Below, one piece after another: positions 50,837-64,000 of a stretch of DNA of 64,000 nt. The position numbers and the translations under genes were made by a program. Numbering within the stretch: position 1 is the stretch's first letter; every line of letters starts with the position of its first letter. Where the stretch lies: contig CAWCKW010000012.1 of the NCBI GenBank assembly GCA_963796285.1, positions 736,001 to 800,000 of the forward strand, given 5' to 3'. This stretch comes from Nitrospirota bacterium (lineage in GTDB: Bacteria > Nitrospirota > UBA9217). A model generated the notes under the pieces. It saw nothing but the letters and a program-made list of their open reading frames with translations. It ran no database searches and was not told where the DNA came from.

Positions 50837-51697
50837 CTAGAACTTGACACTCATTAATCCTATGACCCGGCCTGAATTATCATAGCCCTCAATTTGTTTG
50901 TGCAGAGATTGCGTCCCAATCGTCAAGTTAAATTGTTCTGTTACCAGTCTCAGGCCATAGGTTAGTGCAGTGTAATCGCGTCCACTGAGGGTCATCGTGT
51001 CTTTATGTGTGATCAGGGAATACTCAATTAACATCTGGAGGTTCTTGTATTTACTGATCGGGAAAAGCAATCCCCCGTTAATAATCCCATACAGGTCCTT
51101 CAGCTTATCGTTCGTGAGGTCCTGACCCGCCATTTGACCATCGGCATAGATACCCAGCACATACTCCTTCCAGTTGATTTCGGTGCCAACAGTCATTCCT
51201 ATACGCATGCCCCAATGGGAAACCGAATTCATTTTTTTGTCGCTGTTATCTTCCGTCGGCATGATGCCGGTAACAATAAGCGCAACAGCAGGACGCAATG
51301 AAGCTTCCGGCTGATGAATGAAAGTCCATTTATAAGATAGCTCGATATCGCCGGTTTTTCTCGTGATCACGTTCGAACCGGTTGGACCTTCCGAAATGGT
51401 AAAGTAAGAGCTTTTGAACGCTAATTCTGAGCTATTCGAAATTCCAATGGTTGCAGTTAGCGGATATTCGGTGATGGTAAAATCGGGCTTGATACTGTTC
51501 TCAGATTGGATGGATGCCCCTATTTCGACTGTCCCCGGTGTAAGAGTAAATGGAGAGGTCGTAATAAGAAGCCCGGTGAGGCCGGACGTATTTACTGGAC
51601 GATTCACAATCTCCAGTTCTTCCGCCACTGCTACAGAAGGCCACAGAAACGGCAACGCGCACAAATTAAGCAATACGATGAATATGGTAGGTTTCAT
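50837..51697 (-). CDS. Hypothetical secreted protein, probable outer-membrane beta-barrel
   Basis: Signal peptide ending AVA, amphipathic beta-strand pattern, terminal Phe. Confidence 0.65.
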   Translation of the reverse strand: MKPTIFIVLLNLCALPFLWPSVAVAEELEIVNRPVNTSGLTGLLITTSPFTLTPGTVEIGASIQSENSIKPDFTITEYPLTATIGISNSSELAFKSSYFTISEGPTGSNVITRKTGDIELSYKWTFIHQPEASLRPAVALIVTGIMPTEDNSDKKMNSVSHWGMRIGMTVGTEINWKEYVLGIYADGQMAGQDLTNDKLKDLYGIINGGLLFPISKYKNLQMLIEYSLITHKDTMTLSGRDYTALTYGLRLVTEQFNLTIGTQSLHKQIEGYDNSGRVIGLMSVKF

Positions 51698-51714
51698 TAT
51701 TGTCAATTCAATCC

Positions 51715-52317
51715 TCACTTCTTGCCTATCTTAGGCTCTGTGCCTGAAAGGAGGCGCTTGATGTTCTCCCTGTGTCGATAGTAGCTCATACCGAAAATAA
51801 AGAGGGAAAGTAAGCCGTAGGGTTTTGGTAGGGATGAGTTCGCGAGGAAAGTTAAGCCAAGATAGCAAGCGAAAGCAACAAGCGCGGAGAGCGATGAGTA
51901 GCGCCAGACGTATGCGACAAGGACCCAGACGAGGAGACAGATGCACCCTATCCAGGGGGCAACCGCTAAGACCACACCGTAACTGGTTGCCACACCTTTT
52001 CCGCCCTTGAATTTAAGATAAACAGGAAAATTATGTCCGAGTATGGCTGCCCCGCCTGATAAAACAGTTATAACATCGTCCTGAAAAAGGAACTTCACAA
52101 TCAGCACGGGGATCAGGCCTTTCATGGTGTCCGCCAAAAGGGTCAGGATCGCGGCCTTTTTTCCCGCGACCCGCAGCACGTTGGTAGCGCCGATGTTGCC
52201 GCTCCCGACGGTTCGGATATCAACATCTGAAAAGAGCTTGCTGAAGAAGAGTCCGAAGGGAACAGCGCCGAGAAGATAGGATAAGAGGATTGCGATTATC
52301 TGGAAGAGAGTGTCCAT
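51715..52317 (-). CDS. plsY: Glycerol-3-phosphate acyltransferase PlsY
   Basis: YLLGAVPFG, GSGNIGATNVLR, GHNFP, FKGGKGVAT, RHRENIKRL..GTE. Confidence 0.96.
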   Translation of the reverse strand: MDTLFQIIAILLSYLLGAVPFGLFFSKLFSDVDIRTVGSGNIGATNVLRVAGKKAAILTLLADTMKGLIPVLIVKFLFQDDVITVLSGGAAILGHNFPVYLKFKGGKGVATSYGVVLAVAPWIGCICLLVWVLVAYVWRYSSLSALVAFACYLGLTFLANSSLPKPYGLLSLFIFGMSYYRHRENIKRLLSGTEPKIGKK

Positions 52318-52322
52318 AACGG

Positions 52323-52871
52323 TTAGTTCAGTTTTTTCCAGTAGGTCCTGAAGTACTGAAATGCCGAATACACGGAGAGGATTATCGCGATCCAGAGAGC
52401 GCACGACCCGAGCTCTCTCAGCCAGTCCCTGTTCAGATAATAGTCAAGAAGAAGGGAGAGAACAGCGGTGATTTGCGCTCCTACCTTGTATTTCCCGACG
52501 GTTTCCGCGGGGATTATAATTCCGTCGCTTGATGCTATAGCTCGGAGCCCCGTAACGGCAAACTCTCTCCCGATGATCAGAATAGCCATCCAGGAATGGA
52601 CAATGTCATGGCGTAATTCCACTAAAATCACCAGTGCGGACATGATTAAAATCTTGTCCGCGATAGGGTCGAGCAGCTTCCCCACTTTGGTCACCTGTCC
52701 CCACTTTCGTGCTAAATAGCCGTCGAGCCAGTCCGTGGCCGAGGCAAGCGAAAACACGATGCCCGCGGCGAGCGCCCGTAGCGGGCTCGGGTGGAGCATG
52801 AGGACGATGAAGATGGGCACCGAGAGTATCCTGCTGAGTGAAAGCAGGTTCGGCACGTTGAAGATAATCAC
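52323..52871 (-). CDS. pgsA: CDP-diacylglycerol--glycerol-3-phosphate 3-phosphatidyltransferase
   Basis: NVPNLLS, DWLDGYLAR, GKLLDPIADK, GREFAVTGLR. Confidence 0.95.
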   Translation of the reverse strand: MIIFNVPNLLSLSRILSVPIFIVLMLHPSPLRALAAGIVFSLASATDWLDGYLARKWGQVTKVGKLLDPIADKILIMSALVILVELRHDIVHSWMAILIIGREFAVTGLRAIASSDGIIIPAETVGKYKVGAQITAVLSLLLDYYLNRDWLRELGSCALWIAIILSVYSAFQYFRTYWKKLN

Positions 52872-53769
52872 GGTTGTCTCCTCCAACGGCGGTGCATCCA
52901 GACCCACTGCGCCGGATTTTTTCGAATCGCGCTTTCTATCATCTTCGTAAGCATGGCAGTATTGGCGATGATATCTTTTTCGCTGTTGTCCGTGCGGACC
53001 AGTTTCAGCGGTCCTTCGACGGTCATGGTATGTCTGTTATTTCTATCTCGATGGACATAACCGAAGATCACCGGTGCTCCGAATTTTATGCGCCATTGAT
53101 GCCGCTGCCGTGGGGGTCCAGGCCGGCCGTCCCATGAAATCAACGAAAGTGCTCTCCACATCCGTGTCCTGGTCGATGAGTATCCCCATAATGCGGTTTT
53201 CCTTGAATACGCGGACCAATTCCCTGGATGCGCCCGGCCTGCCGCGCAGGATCGTCTTCACGCCCATTCCTGCACGCAAGGTCCACGATCATGTTGTTTA
53301 CCTGTTCGGGTTCGATGGGCGCTGCAATTACACTGAGGTTGTACCGGGCCGCCACGGCATGCCCCATAAGTTCCCAGTTACCGATATGACCGGTAACAAA
53401 GATCACGCCCTTTCCGGTACTGATCGCGGCGCGGAGGTTCTCCTCTCCCCGAAATTCAATGACCTTCTCAAGACGTCGAGGAGTCATGAGCATGATCTCA
53501 AGCAGACCCTTGCCGAGATGGATAAAGCAGCGTCTCGCCGTCTGGTGTATCCATGAAGCGCCTTTTTCAGAGAACACCTGCGTCAGGTGAGCTATTGCCC
53601 TGGTCCGTTCCCGGGGAAGCAGGTAGTATGCAACAAACCCAAGCACGCCCCCTGCCCATACCCCCACCCGGTACGGAACAATCAGGGAAAACACCTTGAT
53701 TATCCTAGTGATCAAAATCAGGGAGACACGGGTCACCCATTTTCTCGCCTTACGGACCCGCTCGTTCAT
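52868..53769 (-). CDS. Lipid A biosynthesis acyltransferase (LpxL/HtrB family), two apparent +1 frameshifts
   Basis: GHIGNWE, ILIDQD, PAQWVWMHRRW over three frames; extra bases near 53279 and 53091. Confidence 0.88.
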
Positions 53770-54284
53770 GAGGTGTGCAGCTTGCCCTGGTGCTTCAGGA
53801 TGAGGTTGATGAATTCGCGCACTGCTCCCCTCCCGCCTGCTGCTTTGGTGACCATATCCACATAGGGCTTGACCGAAGGGTCTGCATCGGCAACGGTCAC
53901 AGCAAAACCCGCGCGCTTGAAAATATCCAGATCCACGACGTCGTCTCCCATGTACGCAACTGCCTCATCACGCAAACCGTATTTGAAAGGATCGAATCGT
54001 ACACCTCTATTTTATTGTGCGCGCCCTGGTGAACTTCCTGGATGCCAAGCTCCCGCGCACGGATGTTCACTGACCTCTGACTTTCTGCCGGTGATAATTC
54101 CAACGACAATGCCGGCCCGTTGGGCCATTTTGATCCCATGTCCGTCACGCACATGGAATGCTTTGAGCTCATTGCCCCGATTGTCGAGAATGATCCTGCC
54201 GTCGGTCAAGACGCCATCGACATCAAGCAGGAGAAGCTTGATCTTTTTCGCTTTTGCCTGAACGCTTGTATTAGTGTTTCTCAT
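53766..54284 (-). CDS. kdsC: Kdo 8-phosphate phosphatase, compensating +1/-1 apparent frameshifts
   Basis: LLDVDGVLTDG, FHVRDG.G, ITGR, YMGDDVVD, GGRGAVRE. Confidence 0.9.
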
Positions 54285-54327
54285 TTGTATTCTGTGTTCT
54301 GGCCACTGACTGCTGTTGACCGGCCTT

Positions 54328-55296
54328 CTACACCACCCCTGCCTTGAGCAGGTCATGAAGATGGATGACTCCTTCGGGTACAGCATTGCGATCTGCCACG
54401 ATAAGACAGGTAATGGAGTTTTTCTCCATGATGGACACGGCCTCTGCCGCAAGAGCGTCTTTATTGGCTACTTTCGGATTTTTTGTCATGATGTCTTTTG
54501 CTTCTTTTATGAGAAGATTCTCTCCCGTTTTTTCGGTTTTTTCCATCCAGCGCCGGAGATCGCCGTCGGAGATAACGCCGACCAGTTTTCCGGATGCGTT
54601 CACGACAGCGGTAACCCCCATCTTCTTTGACGATATTTCATAGATCGCGTCTTTGATCAGCGTCCCCTCAGAGACAATGGGAACGGCCTCGTCCGTATGC
54701 ATCAGGTCACGTACACGGAGCAATAGCTTCTTGCCAAGGGCGCCACCGGGATGGAAACAGGCAAAATCTTCTTCCTTGAAACCGCGCTGGTCCAGCAGCA
54801 CAACGGCAATGGCATCTCCCATCGCCAGTGTCGCTGTGGTGCTTGCCGTTGGCGCGAGTCCAAGAGGACAGGCCTCTTCCTTTACACCAACGTCGATAAC
54901 TACGTCGCTGTTCTTGGCCAGTGTTGACTCTGGATTGCCGGTAAGTGCGATGATACCGATCCCAAGCCGCTTGAGCGACGGCAGCATCCTTGACAGTTCA
55001 TCGGTTTCTCCGCTGTTGGAGAGCGCTATCACCGTGTCGCCTCTCATGACCATGCCAAGGTCTCCGTGGATGCCCTCGGCCGGATGCAGGAAGAGCGCGG
55101 GCGTGCCGGTGGAAGCGAGCGTGGCAGCGATTTTCTTGCCGATGAGGCCGGACTTACCCATGCCTGTTACGACAACACGGCCTTCGCAGTTCAGGATCAT
55201 CTTTACGGCCTGTTCGAATCGTTCGTCAATGCGGTCAATAAGCGCCTCAATTGCCTCAGCTTCTATTCTCAGAACCTTTTTCGCTCGTTCTATCAT
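54328..55296 (-). CDS. kdsD: Arabinose 5-phosphate isomerase (KpsF/GutQ)
   Basis: GMGKSG, HGDLG, APTAST, HPGG.LG, CBS pair. Confidence 0.96.
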   Translation of the reverse strand: MIERAKKVLRIEAEAIEALIDRIDERFEQAVKMILNCEGRVVVTGMGKSGLIGKKIAATLASTGTPALFLHPAEGIHGDLGMVMRGDTVIALSNSGETDELSRMLPSLKRLGIGIIALTGNPESTLAKNSDVVIDVGVKEEACPLGLAPTASTTATLAMGDAIAVVLLDQRGFKEEDFACFHPGGALGKKLLLRVRDLMHTDEAVPIVSEGTLIKDAIYEISSKKMGVTAVVNASGKLVGVISDGDLRRWMEKTEKTGENLLIKEAKDIMTKNPKVANKDALAAEAVSIMEKNSITCLIVADRNAVPEGVIHLHDLLKAGVV

Positions 55297-56116
55297 TGTT
55301 TTACGATCCTATCGATTTTCTGGGCCATGTTTGAGAAGCGCGGGAAGGTCATCCAGGCCCAGCATGTTCGGCCCGTCGCAGAGTGCCTTGTCCGGGCAGG
55401 CGTGCACTTCCAAGAACAGGGCATCTACGCCGACCGCGATTGCGGCCTTGGTGAGATGAGGGAACGAACATTCGGTCTCCCGATGATACTGCCCCCCCTG
55501 CCCCCGGTAGCTGCACCGAGTGGGTTGCATCGAATACCACCGGGTAACCGAAACCGCGTATGATGGGCAGCGAACGCATGTCCGCAACGAGGTTATTGTA
55601 CCCGAATGATACGCCCCGCTCGGTTATGATGATCTTGTCGTTGCCTGTGGATGCCGCCTTCTCAGCAGCGTTCTTGATGTCCCAGGGTGCGAGAAATTGC
55701 CCCTTTTTGATGTTTATGACTCTGCCGGTCTTTGCTGCGTCTATTATGAAATCGGTCTGTCTGCACAGGAATGCGGGTATCTGAAGGATGTCCAGTATCT
55801 CGGCAGCTGGACCGATCTCCTCAAATCGGTGGACGTCAGAGAGGAGCGGCAGGTCAAGTTCTCTGCCCACGCGACCGAGTATCCGGAGCCCTTCCTTTAT
55901 TCCAGGTCCCCGAAAAGATTTCGCCGAACTGCGGTTCGCCTTATCAAAGGATGATTTAAAGACAAAAGGGATGCCGAGGTCCGCGGTAATCTGTTTAAGC
56001 CGGGCGGCAGCTTCAAGGGTAGAGCGCTCTGACTCGATCACACAAGGCCCCGCGATCAGGACGAACGGATTTTGCCCGCCGATGAGGATGTTCCTTATCG
56101 ATATTTCGCGTGTCAC
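55293..56116 (-). CDS. kdsA: Kdo 8-phosphate synthase, two apparent +1 frameshifts
   Basis: [49 protein letters not shown]. Confidence 0.93.
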
Positions 56117-56118
56117 GG

Positions 56119-58557
<2,439 letters not shown>

Positions 58558-58722
58558 GATAGGATTCAAGGGAAAAACCTATTTACCTAATATTATCATA
58601 AAGCTCAAACCTTAAATAAGTCCAATATCATAAGCGAAAAATACTCAACTGTTGGGTCATTGAAATCCAGCATTGCAACGTGGATGTAATTTGGATAGTG
58701 ATGAATGGGACGTTTTTGTTAT

Positions 58723-59664
58723 TTATGTAGAAGATATAACCAGTTCCTTCCTGAAATATTCGATGGTCCTGGAAAGGCCATCAGTCACGGATACGTTTGG
58801 CTTCCATCCGAGTTTTTCTTTTGCAAGAGAGATATCAGGCTGACGTTGAGTGGGATCATCGGATGGCAGCGGCTTTTTGGTGATTTTTGACTTCGAACCG
58901 GTCATGGCAATGATCTTCTTCGCGAGGTCCAGGATCGTGTACTCCTCGGGATTCCCGATGTTAACCGGGCCGATGAAGTTCTCGCTGTTCATCAGTCGCA
59001 CCATTCCCTCTATGAGGTCATCCACATAACAAAAGGAACGCGTCTGGGAACCTTCGCCGTAAACCGTGATGTCCTCACCTTTGAGTGCCTGGACAATGAA
59101 GTTGCTCACCACACGGCCGTCGTCTGCCAGCATGCGGGGTCCATACGTATTGAAGATGCGCATGATCTTGATGTCCACGCGGTTCTGGCGATGGTAGTCC
59201 ATCATCAGCGTTTCGGCGGCGCGCTTGCCCTCATCGTAGCAGCTCCGGATGCCAATCGGGTTCACATTACCCCAGTAGCCCTCTTTTTGCGGGTGCACCG
59301 CGGGGTCGCCGTACACTTCCGACGTAGACGCCAGGAGTATTCTGGCATTGACCCGCTTTGCGATGCCGAGCATGTTGAGCGTGCCGATGATATTGGTCTT
59401 GATGGTCTTGACCGGATTGTACTGATAATGGATAGGCGAGGCCGGACATGCCAAATGGTAGATCCTGTCCACTTCCAGGAGAATGGGGAGTACAATGTCG
59501 TGCCGCACCAGCTCGAAAGCGGGATTTTTCAAGAACTCAGCAACGTTTGTCTTTCTGCCGGTATAGAAATTATCCAGGCAGAGCACTTCATGTCCTTCAT
59601 TCAGCAGTCGTTCGCACAGGTGAGACCCTAAAAAACCCGCGCCGCCGGTCACCAGTATTCTCAT
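58723..59664 (-). CDS. UDP-glucuronate decarboxylase (UXS-like SDR)
   Basis: [40 protein letters not shown]. Confidence 0.93.
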   Translation of the reverse strand: MRILVTGGAGFLGSHLCERLLNEGHEVLCLDNFYTGRKTNVAEFLKNPAFELVRHDIVLPILLEVDRIYHLACPASPIHYQYNPVKTIKTNIIGTLNMLGIAKRVNARILLASTSEVYGDPAVHPQKEGYWGNVNPIGIRSCYDEGKRAAETLMMDYHRQNRVDIKIMRIFNTYGPRMLADDGRVVSNFIVQALKGEDITVYGEGSQTRSFCYVDDLIEGMVRLMNSENFIGPVNIGNPEEYTILDLAKKIIAMTGSKSKITKKPLPSDDPTQRQPDISLAKEKLGWKPNVSVTDGLSRTIEYFRKELVISST

Positions 59665-59819
59665 TGATTAACTCCTATAGATTAACGTTTGGAAACAGAA
59701 TTATTTTGAAGGTAATGATTATGGGGCCCATTTCGGAAACAATGTTCATGGTTCGTTGAAGGACGGAACCGGTAATACAACAAGTTGATGCAGGCTTCGT
59801 CACCATTGCCGTTGCCGGC

Positions 59820-61160
59820 CTATGTTCTTCCGATGCTGTAATAGGTGAACCCCATTTTTCGTAGCTCTGCCTGATTATAGATGTTCCTGCCGTCGAAAAT
59901 GAGAGGTTTTTTCAAGAGCTTTTTAATTTTCTGGAAATCCGGGGTCCGGAATTCGCTCCATTCGGTCACGACTGCGAGCGCATCTGCACCCCTGAGCACT
60001 TCATAATCGTCTTCACTGAAGTGGACCCTGGTCTTGAATATCTTTCGCCCTTCGTTCATTGCCACCGGGTCATGCGCCTTTACGGTTGCACCAGCACGGA
60101 GAAGACGATTGATGATGACCACGGAAGGCGCCTCGCGCATATCATCAGTTCGAGGTTTGAACGAAAGGCCCCAGATAGCGATCGTTTTGCCTGCCAGGGG
60201 TTTTGCTTTCTTTGCCGTTGTGCCTTTTTTTGTCCCCTTCTCAGCAAAATGCGCAATGATCATGTTCGACAGCACTGTTTTCTGCTGTTCGTTCACCGCC
60301 TCCACGGATTTCAGGACCTTCGCATCCACGCCGTACTCTTGCGCGGTCTGGACCAGGGCCTTCACGTCTTTGGGAAAGCACGATCCTCCGTATCCTACAC
60401 CCGGGAACAGGAACTCAAAGCCGATGCGGCGGTCATAACCCATGCCCTTACGCACATTGTCGATGTCGGCGCCCATACTCGAGCAGATATTTGCCATTTC
60501 GTTTATAAATGATATCTTGGTCGCCAGCATGGCATTCGATGCGTATTTCGTCATTTCCGCACTCCTGATGTCCATGACAAGCGTGCGGTCTCCCTTACGA
60601 ACAAAGGGGGCATACAGCTCCTGCATGATTTCACTAGCCCGGGCGCTCTCTGCGCCGACCACTACACGGTCAGGCTTCATGAAGTCTTCGATGGCGGCCC
60701 CTTCTTTCAGAAATTCGGGATTGGACACAACATCAAATTTGAAACGGGTCTTGCCTGACACAGCGGCTTTGACCTTGTAAGCCGTACCGACAGGTACCGT
60801 GCTTTTATTGACGATAACCTTGTAGCCGTTCATGAATTTGCCGATCTGCCTGGCGGCACCGAGCACATAATTAAGGTCCGCGGAGCCATCTTCCCCGGGA
60901 GGCGTACCTACGGCAATGAAAATGATGTCTGAGCCTTTCACTGCCATGGACATATCAGTGGTAAAGGTTAAACGTCCGTGGGCCACGTTGCGCTTGATGA
61001 GCTCTTCCAGTCCCGGTTCGTATATGGGCACCATCCCGGAATTGAGCGCTGCGATCTTTTTTTCGTCGATGTCCATGCAGATAATGTCGTTGCCACTCTC
61101 GGCAAAACAGGTACCGGTTACCAGGCCAACATAACCTGTTCCGATTATTGAAATCTTCAT
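59820..61160 (-). CDS. ugd: UDP-glucose 6-dehydrogenase
   Basis: [33 protein letters not shown]. Confidence 0.95.
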   Translation of the reverse strand: MKISIIGTGYVGLVTGTCFAESGNDIICMDIDEKKIAALNSGMVPIYEPGLEELIKRNVAHGRLTFTTDMSMAVKGSDIIFIAVGTPPGEDGSADLNYVLGAARQIGKFMNGYKVIVNKSTVPVGTAYKVKAAVSGKTRFKFDVVSNPEFLKEGAAIEDFMKPDRVVVGAESARASEIMQELYAPFVRKGDRTLVMDIRSAEMTKYASNAMLATKISFINEMANICSSMGADIDNVRKGMGYDRRIGFEFLFPGVGYGGSCFPKDVKALVQTAQEYGVDAKVLKSVEAVNEQQKTVLSNMIIAHFAEKGTKKGTTAKKAKPLAGKTIAIWGLSFKPRTDDMREAPSVVIINRLLRAGATVKAHDPVAMNEGRKIFKTRVHFSEDDYEVLRGADALAVVTEWSEFRTPDFQKIKKLLKKPLIFDGRNIYNQAELRKMGFTYYSIGRT

Positions 61161-61173
61161 AACGTACCTTCTT

Positions 61174-62310
61174 TCATTCTGTTCTTCTTGTGTAGTTCTG
61201 ATCGATCCATTTCCTGTACTCTCCACTTCTGATACTGTTTATCCATTCGGTGTTTTTAAGGTACCAGGTAATTGTATCCTTCAACCCGTTTTCAAAATCA
61301 TGCCGTTGTGTCCACCCGAGGTCACGCTTGATCTTGTCGCAGTTGATCGCATAGCGACGGTCATGACCTGGACGATCGCCTACAAAAGTGATGAGATCAC
61401 TATAACTGGATCTTCTTTCCGCCTGCTGGTTTTCCTTTATCGGATAGAGTTTTTCCAGCACATCGCAGATCTTTTTCACAATCTCGATATTCTGTTTTTC
61501 ACACTCACCGCCTATATTATACGTCTCACCTGTCTTCCCTCTATTCAAAATCATCCAAATGGCCTCGCAGTGGTCCTCAACATAGAGCCAGTCACGGACG
61601 TTCTTGCCGTCTCCATACACCGGAAGCGGTTTTCCCTCGATGGCATTCAGGATAATGAGCGGTATCAGTTTCTCAGGAAAATGATAGGCCCCATAATTGT
61701 TCGAGCAGTTCGAGATGGTGACCGGAAGTCCATAGGTGTGAAAATAAGCCCTCACCAGGTGGTCCGAGGCCGCTTTGGACGCGGAGTAAGGACTCCTCGG
61801 GTCGTAAGGCGTTGTTTCAAAGAAATAACCCGTTTCTCCCAGTGAGCCGTAAACCTCGTCGGTGCTGATATGGTGCAACCGTACGTCCGTTCTCCCCTTC
61901 CAGAGGTGGCGCGCGGTCTCAAGGAGGCTGAAGGTGCCGTTGATGTTCGTCTCAACGAAATCCTTGGGTCCGAAGATTGAGCGGTCAACATGGCTTTCGG
62001 CCGCAAAATGGACAATGATATTTATGTTGAATTTCTCGACGACATCTTTGACCTTCTCGTAATCCCTGATATCGCCCCGCTCAAAATAATATCTCTCTCC
62101 GCTGAACTTCTTTTCTATCTCGGTCAGATTAAGCAGGTTCCCGGCATAGGTCAGCTTGTCATAATTGACGATCGTACCGCTAAAGTCCGTTTTATCAAAA
62201 ACGTATCGAATAAAATTGGACCCGATGAAGCCTGCGCCGCCGGTCACCAGGATGTTCGCTGATACCGGAACCAGACATGCCTTCGTTTTAATAGTACAAT
62301 CGTTATTCAT
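61174..62310 (-). CDS. rmlB: dTDP-glucose 4,6-dehydratase
   Basis: [40 protein letters not shown]. Confidence 0.96.
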   Translation of the reverse strand: MNNDCTIKTKACLVPVSANILVTGGAGFIGSNFIRYVFDKTDFSGTIVNYDKLTYAGNLLNLTEIEKKFSGERYYFERGDIRDYEKVKDVVEKFNINIIVHFAAESHVDRSIFGPKDFVETNINGTFSLLETARHLWKGRTDVRLHHISTDEVYGSLGETGYFFETTPYDPRSPYSASKAASDHLVRAYFHTYGLPVTISNCSNNYGAYHFPEKLIPLIILNAIEGKPLPVYGDGKNVRDWLYVEDHCEAIWMILNRGKTGETYNIGGECEKQNIEIVKKICDVLEKLYPIKENQQAERRSSYSDLITFVGDRPGHDRRYAINCDKIKRDLGWTQRHDFENGLKDTITWYLKNTEWINSIRSGEYRKWIDQNYTRRTE

Positions 62311-63160
62311 GAGAGGTTGTGTTCTCCAGCAAAAATAATTTTACTGATTCTTCCCAGGAGGGGATATTGATATTTAAACGATCTGCGAGTTTCCTGCTGC
62401 TCATGGCCGAATACTTCGGCCGTTTTGCCGGGAGATTGAACGTCTCCATGGTCACGGGTCTGATGAATTTATTCACTCCGACCGCGCTCAAGATCACCTT
62501 AGCCCATTCATAGCGGGAGCAGAAACCACTGTTCGTCAGATGATACCGGCCGGTCAACCCCTGTTCGAGCGCCTTGAGCGTAACATCGACCACCGTATCG
62601 GTATAGGTCGGTACCGAGAACTCATCGCAGGCGATCTTCAGGTATTCACTGCTTTTTGCCCATTCAATTAATTTGTAAATAAAATTCTGTTTTCCAGCTC
62701 CGAAAACCCAGCTCAGCCTCAGGACCAGGCATCGGTCCAGCTCTTTTAGAACATACTGTTCTCCCGAGAGTTTGCTTTTACCGTATTCGTTCAGCGGATT
62801 CACCGGATCTTCCTCGTTGTACAGGCCATTCTCCTTTAGCCCGTCGAAAACATAGTCCGATCCGAAATGAACGAGCATTGCGTTCTGTTTTGCAGCGGCC
62901 TGCGCAAGATTTTTCGGTCCTGTTGCATTTACTGAGAAAGCCTTATCCTTGTCCTGTTCAGCCTTGTCAACGAGGTTATATGCAGCGCAATTGATGATAA
63001 TATCCGGCTTATGTGCGACTATGGCATCTGACACGGCCTTTGGGTCGGTGATGTCGAGCTGTGCTTCATCAGGAGCGCTGAAGTCTGATGACCGCTCCTT
63101 AAATCGCTTGATGAACGCTTGTGCCAGCTGTCCATTTTTTCCTGTGATCAGATATTTCAT
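62303..63160 (-). CDS. rmlD: dTDP-4-dehydrorhamnose reductase
   Basis: TGKNGQL, NCAAY..VD.AE, DYVFDG, YGKSK, AKRP. Confidence 0.94.
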   Translation of the reverse strand: MKYLITGKNGQLAQAFIKRFKERSSDFSAPDEAQLDITDPKAVSDAIVAHKPDIIINCAAYNLVDKAEQDKDKAFSVNATGPKNLAQAAAKQNAMLVHFGSDYVFDGLKENGLYNEEDPVNPLNEYGKSKLSGEQYVLKELDRCLVLRLSWVFGAGKQNFIYKLIEWAKSSEYLKIACDEFSVPTYTDTVVDVTLKALEQGLTGRYHLTNSGFCSRYEWAKVILSAVGVNKFIRPVTMETFNLPAKRPKYSAMSSRKLADRLNINIPSWEESVKLFLLENTTSHE

Positions 63161-63176
63161 GAGGAACGTTTATCTC

Positions 63177-63298
63177 CTAACCCGGACAAGCCGGAACCTA
63201 GAAAAGCCAAATCAAATTCTTTGACATGGATAAAATCGGATAAAATCTAAAATCATGGTACTTCGTATGTAATCAGTAAAAATCCGTCTCAAAGAAGT
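63177..63298. repeat. Palindromic CCGG unit followed by a repeat-armed hairpin
   Basis: CTAACCCGGACAAGCCGGAACC, then TTCTTTGACATGGATAAAATCGGAT / AATCAGTAAAAATCCGTCTCAAAGAA. Confidence 0.55.
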
Positions 63299-63340
63299 TT
63301 ATATTTATTCTACCAGTTTAGATAATTTATTCTTAAGTAA

Positions 63341-63889
63341 TTAAAAATTGTTATCCGCGTCCTGGAGGGTCGGATGGATTTTGTCCTTGTCCGACAGAAC
63401 GGGGTCCTTGAGGGGCCAGGCAATATTGATGTCCGGGTCGTTCCAAATGATACCCCGGTCGTTGGCAGGCGAATATTCGTCCGTGCACTTGTACATCACT
63501 TCTGCAGTGTCACTCAAGACCTGAAAGCCGTGGGCGAACCCTGACGGCACAAAGAGCATCAGACGGTTCTCATCGGTGAGTTCCACACTGGTCCATTTAC
63601 CGTAATAGGGAGAACTTTTTCGAATATCCACGGCAATATCGCAGATCCTGCCCTGCATGCACATGACCAGTTTGCCCTGCGCTTTGGGGGCTTTCTGGTA
63701 GTGGAGTCCCCTGAGCACCCCTTTTGCTGATTTTGAATAGTTGTCCTGTACGAGGTGTTCCACGATGCCACCTCGTGCAAAATCCGAGTGCTTATACAGT
63801 TCAAAGAAAAAGCCCCGGCTATCGCCGAACACCCGTGGCTGGACAAGCACAAGGCCTGGTATCTCAAGCAGTTTGAACTCAAAGGGCAT
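63341..63889 (-). CDS. rmlC: dTDP-4-dehydrorhamnose 3,5-epimerase
   Basis: GDSRGFF, QDNYSKS..GVLRGLHYQ, FAHGF, YKC. Confidence 0.96.
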   Translation of the reverse strand: MPFEFKLLEIPGLVLVQPRVFGDSRGFFFELYKHSDFARGGIVEHLVQDNYSKSAKGVLRGLHYQKAPKAQGKLVMCMQGRICDIAVDIRKSSPYYGKWTSVELTDENRLMLFVPSGFAHGFQVLSDTAEVMYKCTDEYSPANDRGIIWNDPDINIAWPLKDPVLSDKDKIHPTLQDADNNF

Positions 63890-64000
63890 TTGGCACCCCT
63901 TGCTCGGCAACCATCGTGAGATAATCACCATACGCATTCTTTTTGTGGGACTCGGCCGCCTTGAGCAGCTTCCCTTTATCGATATATCCCAGCTTGTATG
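63879..64000 (-). CDS. rmlA: 3' end of glucose-1-phosphate thymidylyltransferase (partial; apparent frameshift in an A-run)
   Basis: YKLGYIDKGKLLKAAESHKK/NAYGDYL matches the RmlA C-terminus; lies directly upstream of rmlC. Confidence 0.75.
   Translation of the reverse strand, partial: YKLGYIDKGKLLKAAESHKKNAYGDYLTMVAEQGVPNAL

Overview
A largely housekeeping 64-kb segment of a GC-moderate, Gram-negative (LPS/Kdo-making) bacterium; Nitrospirota- or Desulfobacterota-like is an inference from gene content and repeat style. In order: ABC exporter genes, an Fe-S flavoprotein, a PyrR-attenuated pyr operon (pyrR-B-C, phosphoesterase, carA, radical SAM, carB, greA, pyrK, pyrD) coupled to a c-haem-motif sensor kinase and a lone receiver, xerD, a DHH/CBS tRNA nucleotidyltransferase, Na/Pi transporter, yjbQ, queA, SPOR protein, tRNA-Gly, PBP1A, btuR-phoH-pgpH-ybeY-dgkA/PAP2-roadblock, accA, fba, accessory genes (pentapeptide, PilZ, B12 radical SAM, clpS, YkgJ, diguanylate cyclase), tRNA-Leu, htpX, DD-peptidase, a decayed Hsp20 before lon-lipA, two glycosyltransferases, and a minus-strand rmlACDB-ugd-uxs-kdsB-pyrG-kdsA-kdsD-kdsC-lpxL-pgsA-plsY cluster. 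About 14 single-base indels break nine otherwise intact genes and are most likely read errors. No CRISPR array, transposase, integrase or prophage was seen. The least explained signals are: (i) a family of hairpins with 7-9-nt tandem-repeat arms at many gene junctions, nested in places and in frame inside carB and pyrD; (ii) a ~460-bp non-coding region (34520-34980) with repeated motifs and long-range pairing upstream of an unknown CxxxC protein; (iii) a shared palindrome near the ABC exporter and flavoprotein genes. None is a demonstrated new system; all need computational follow-up.
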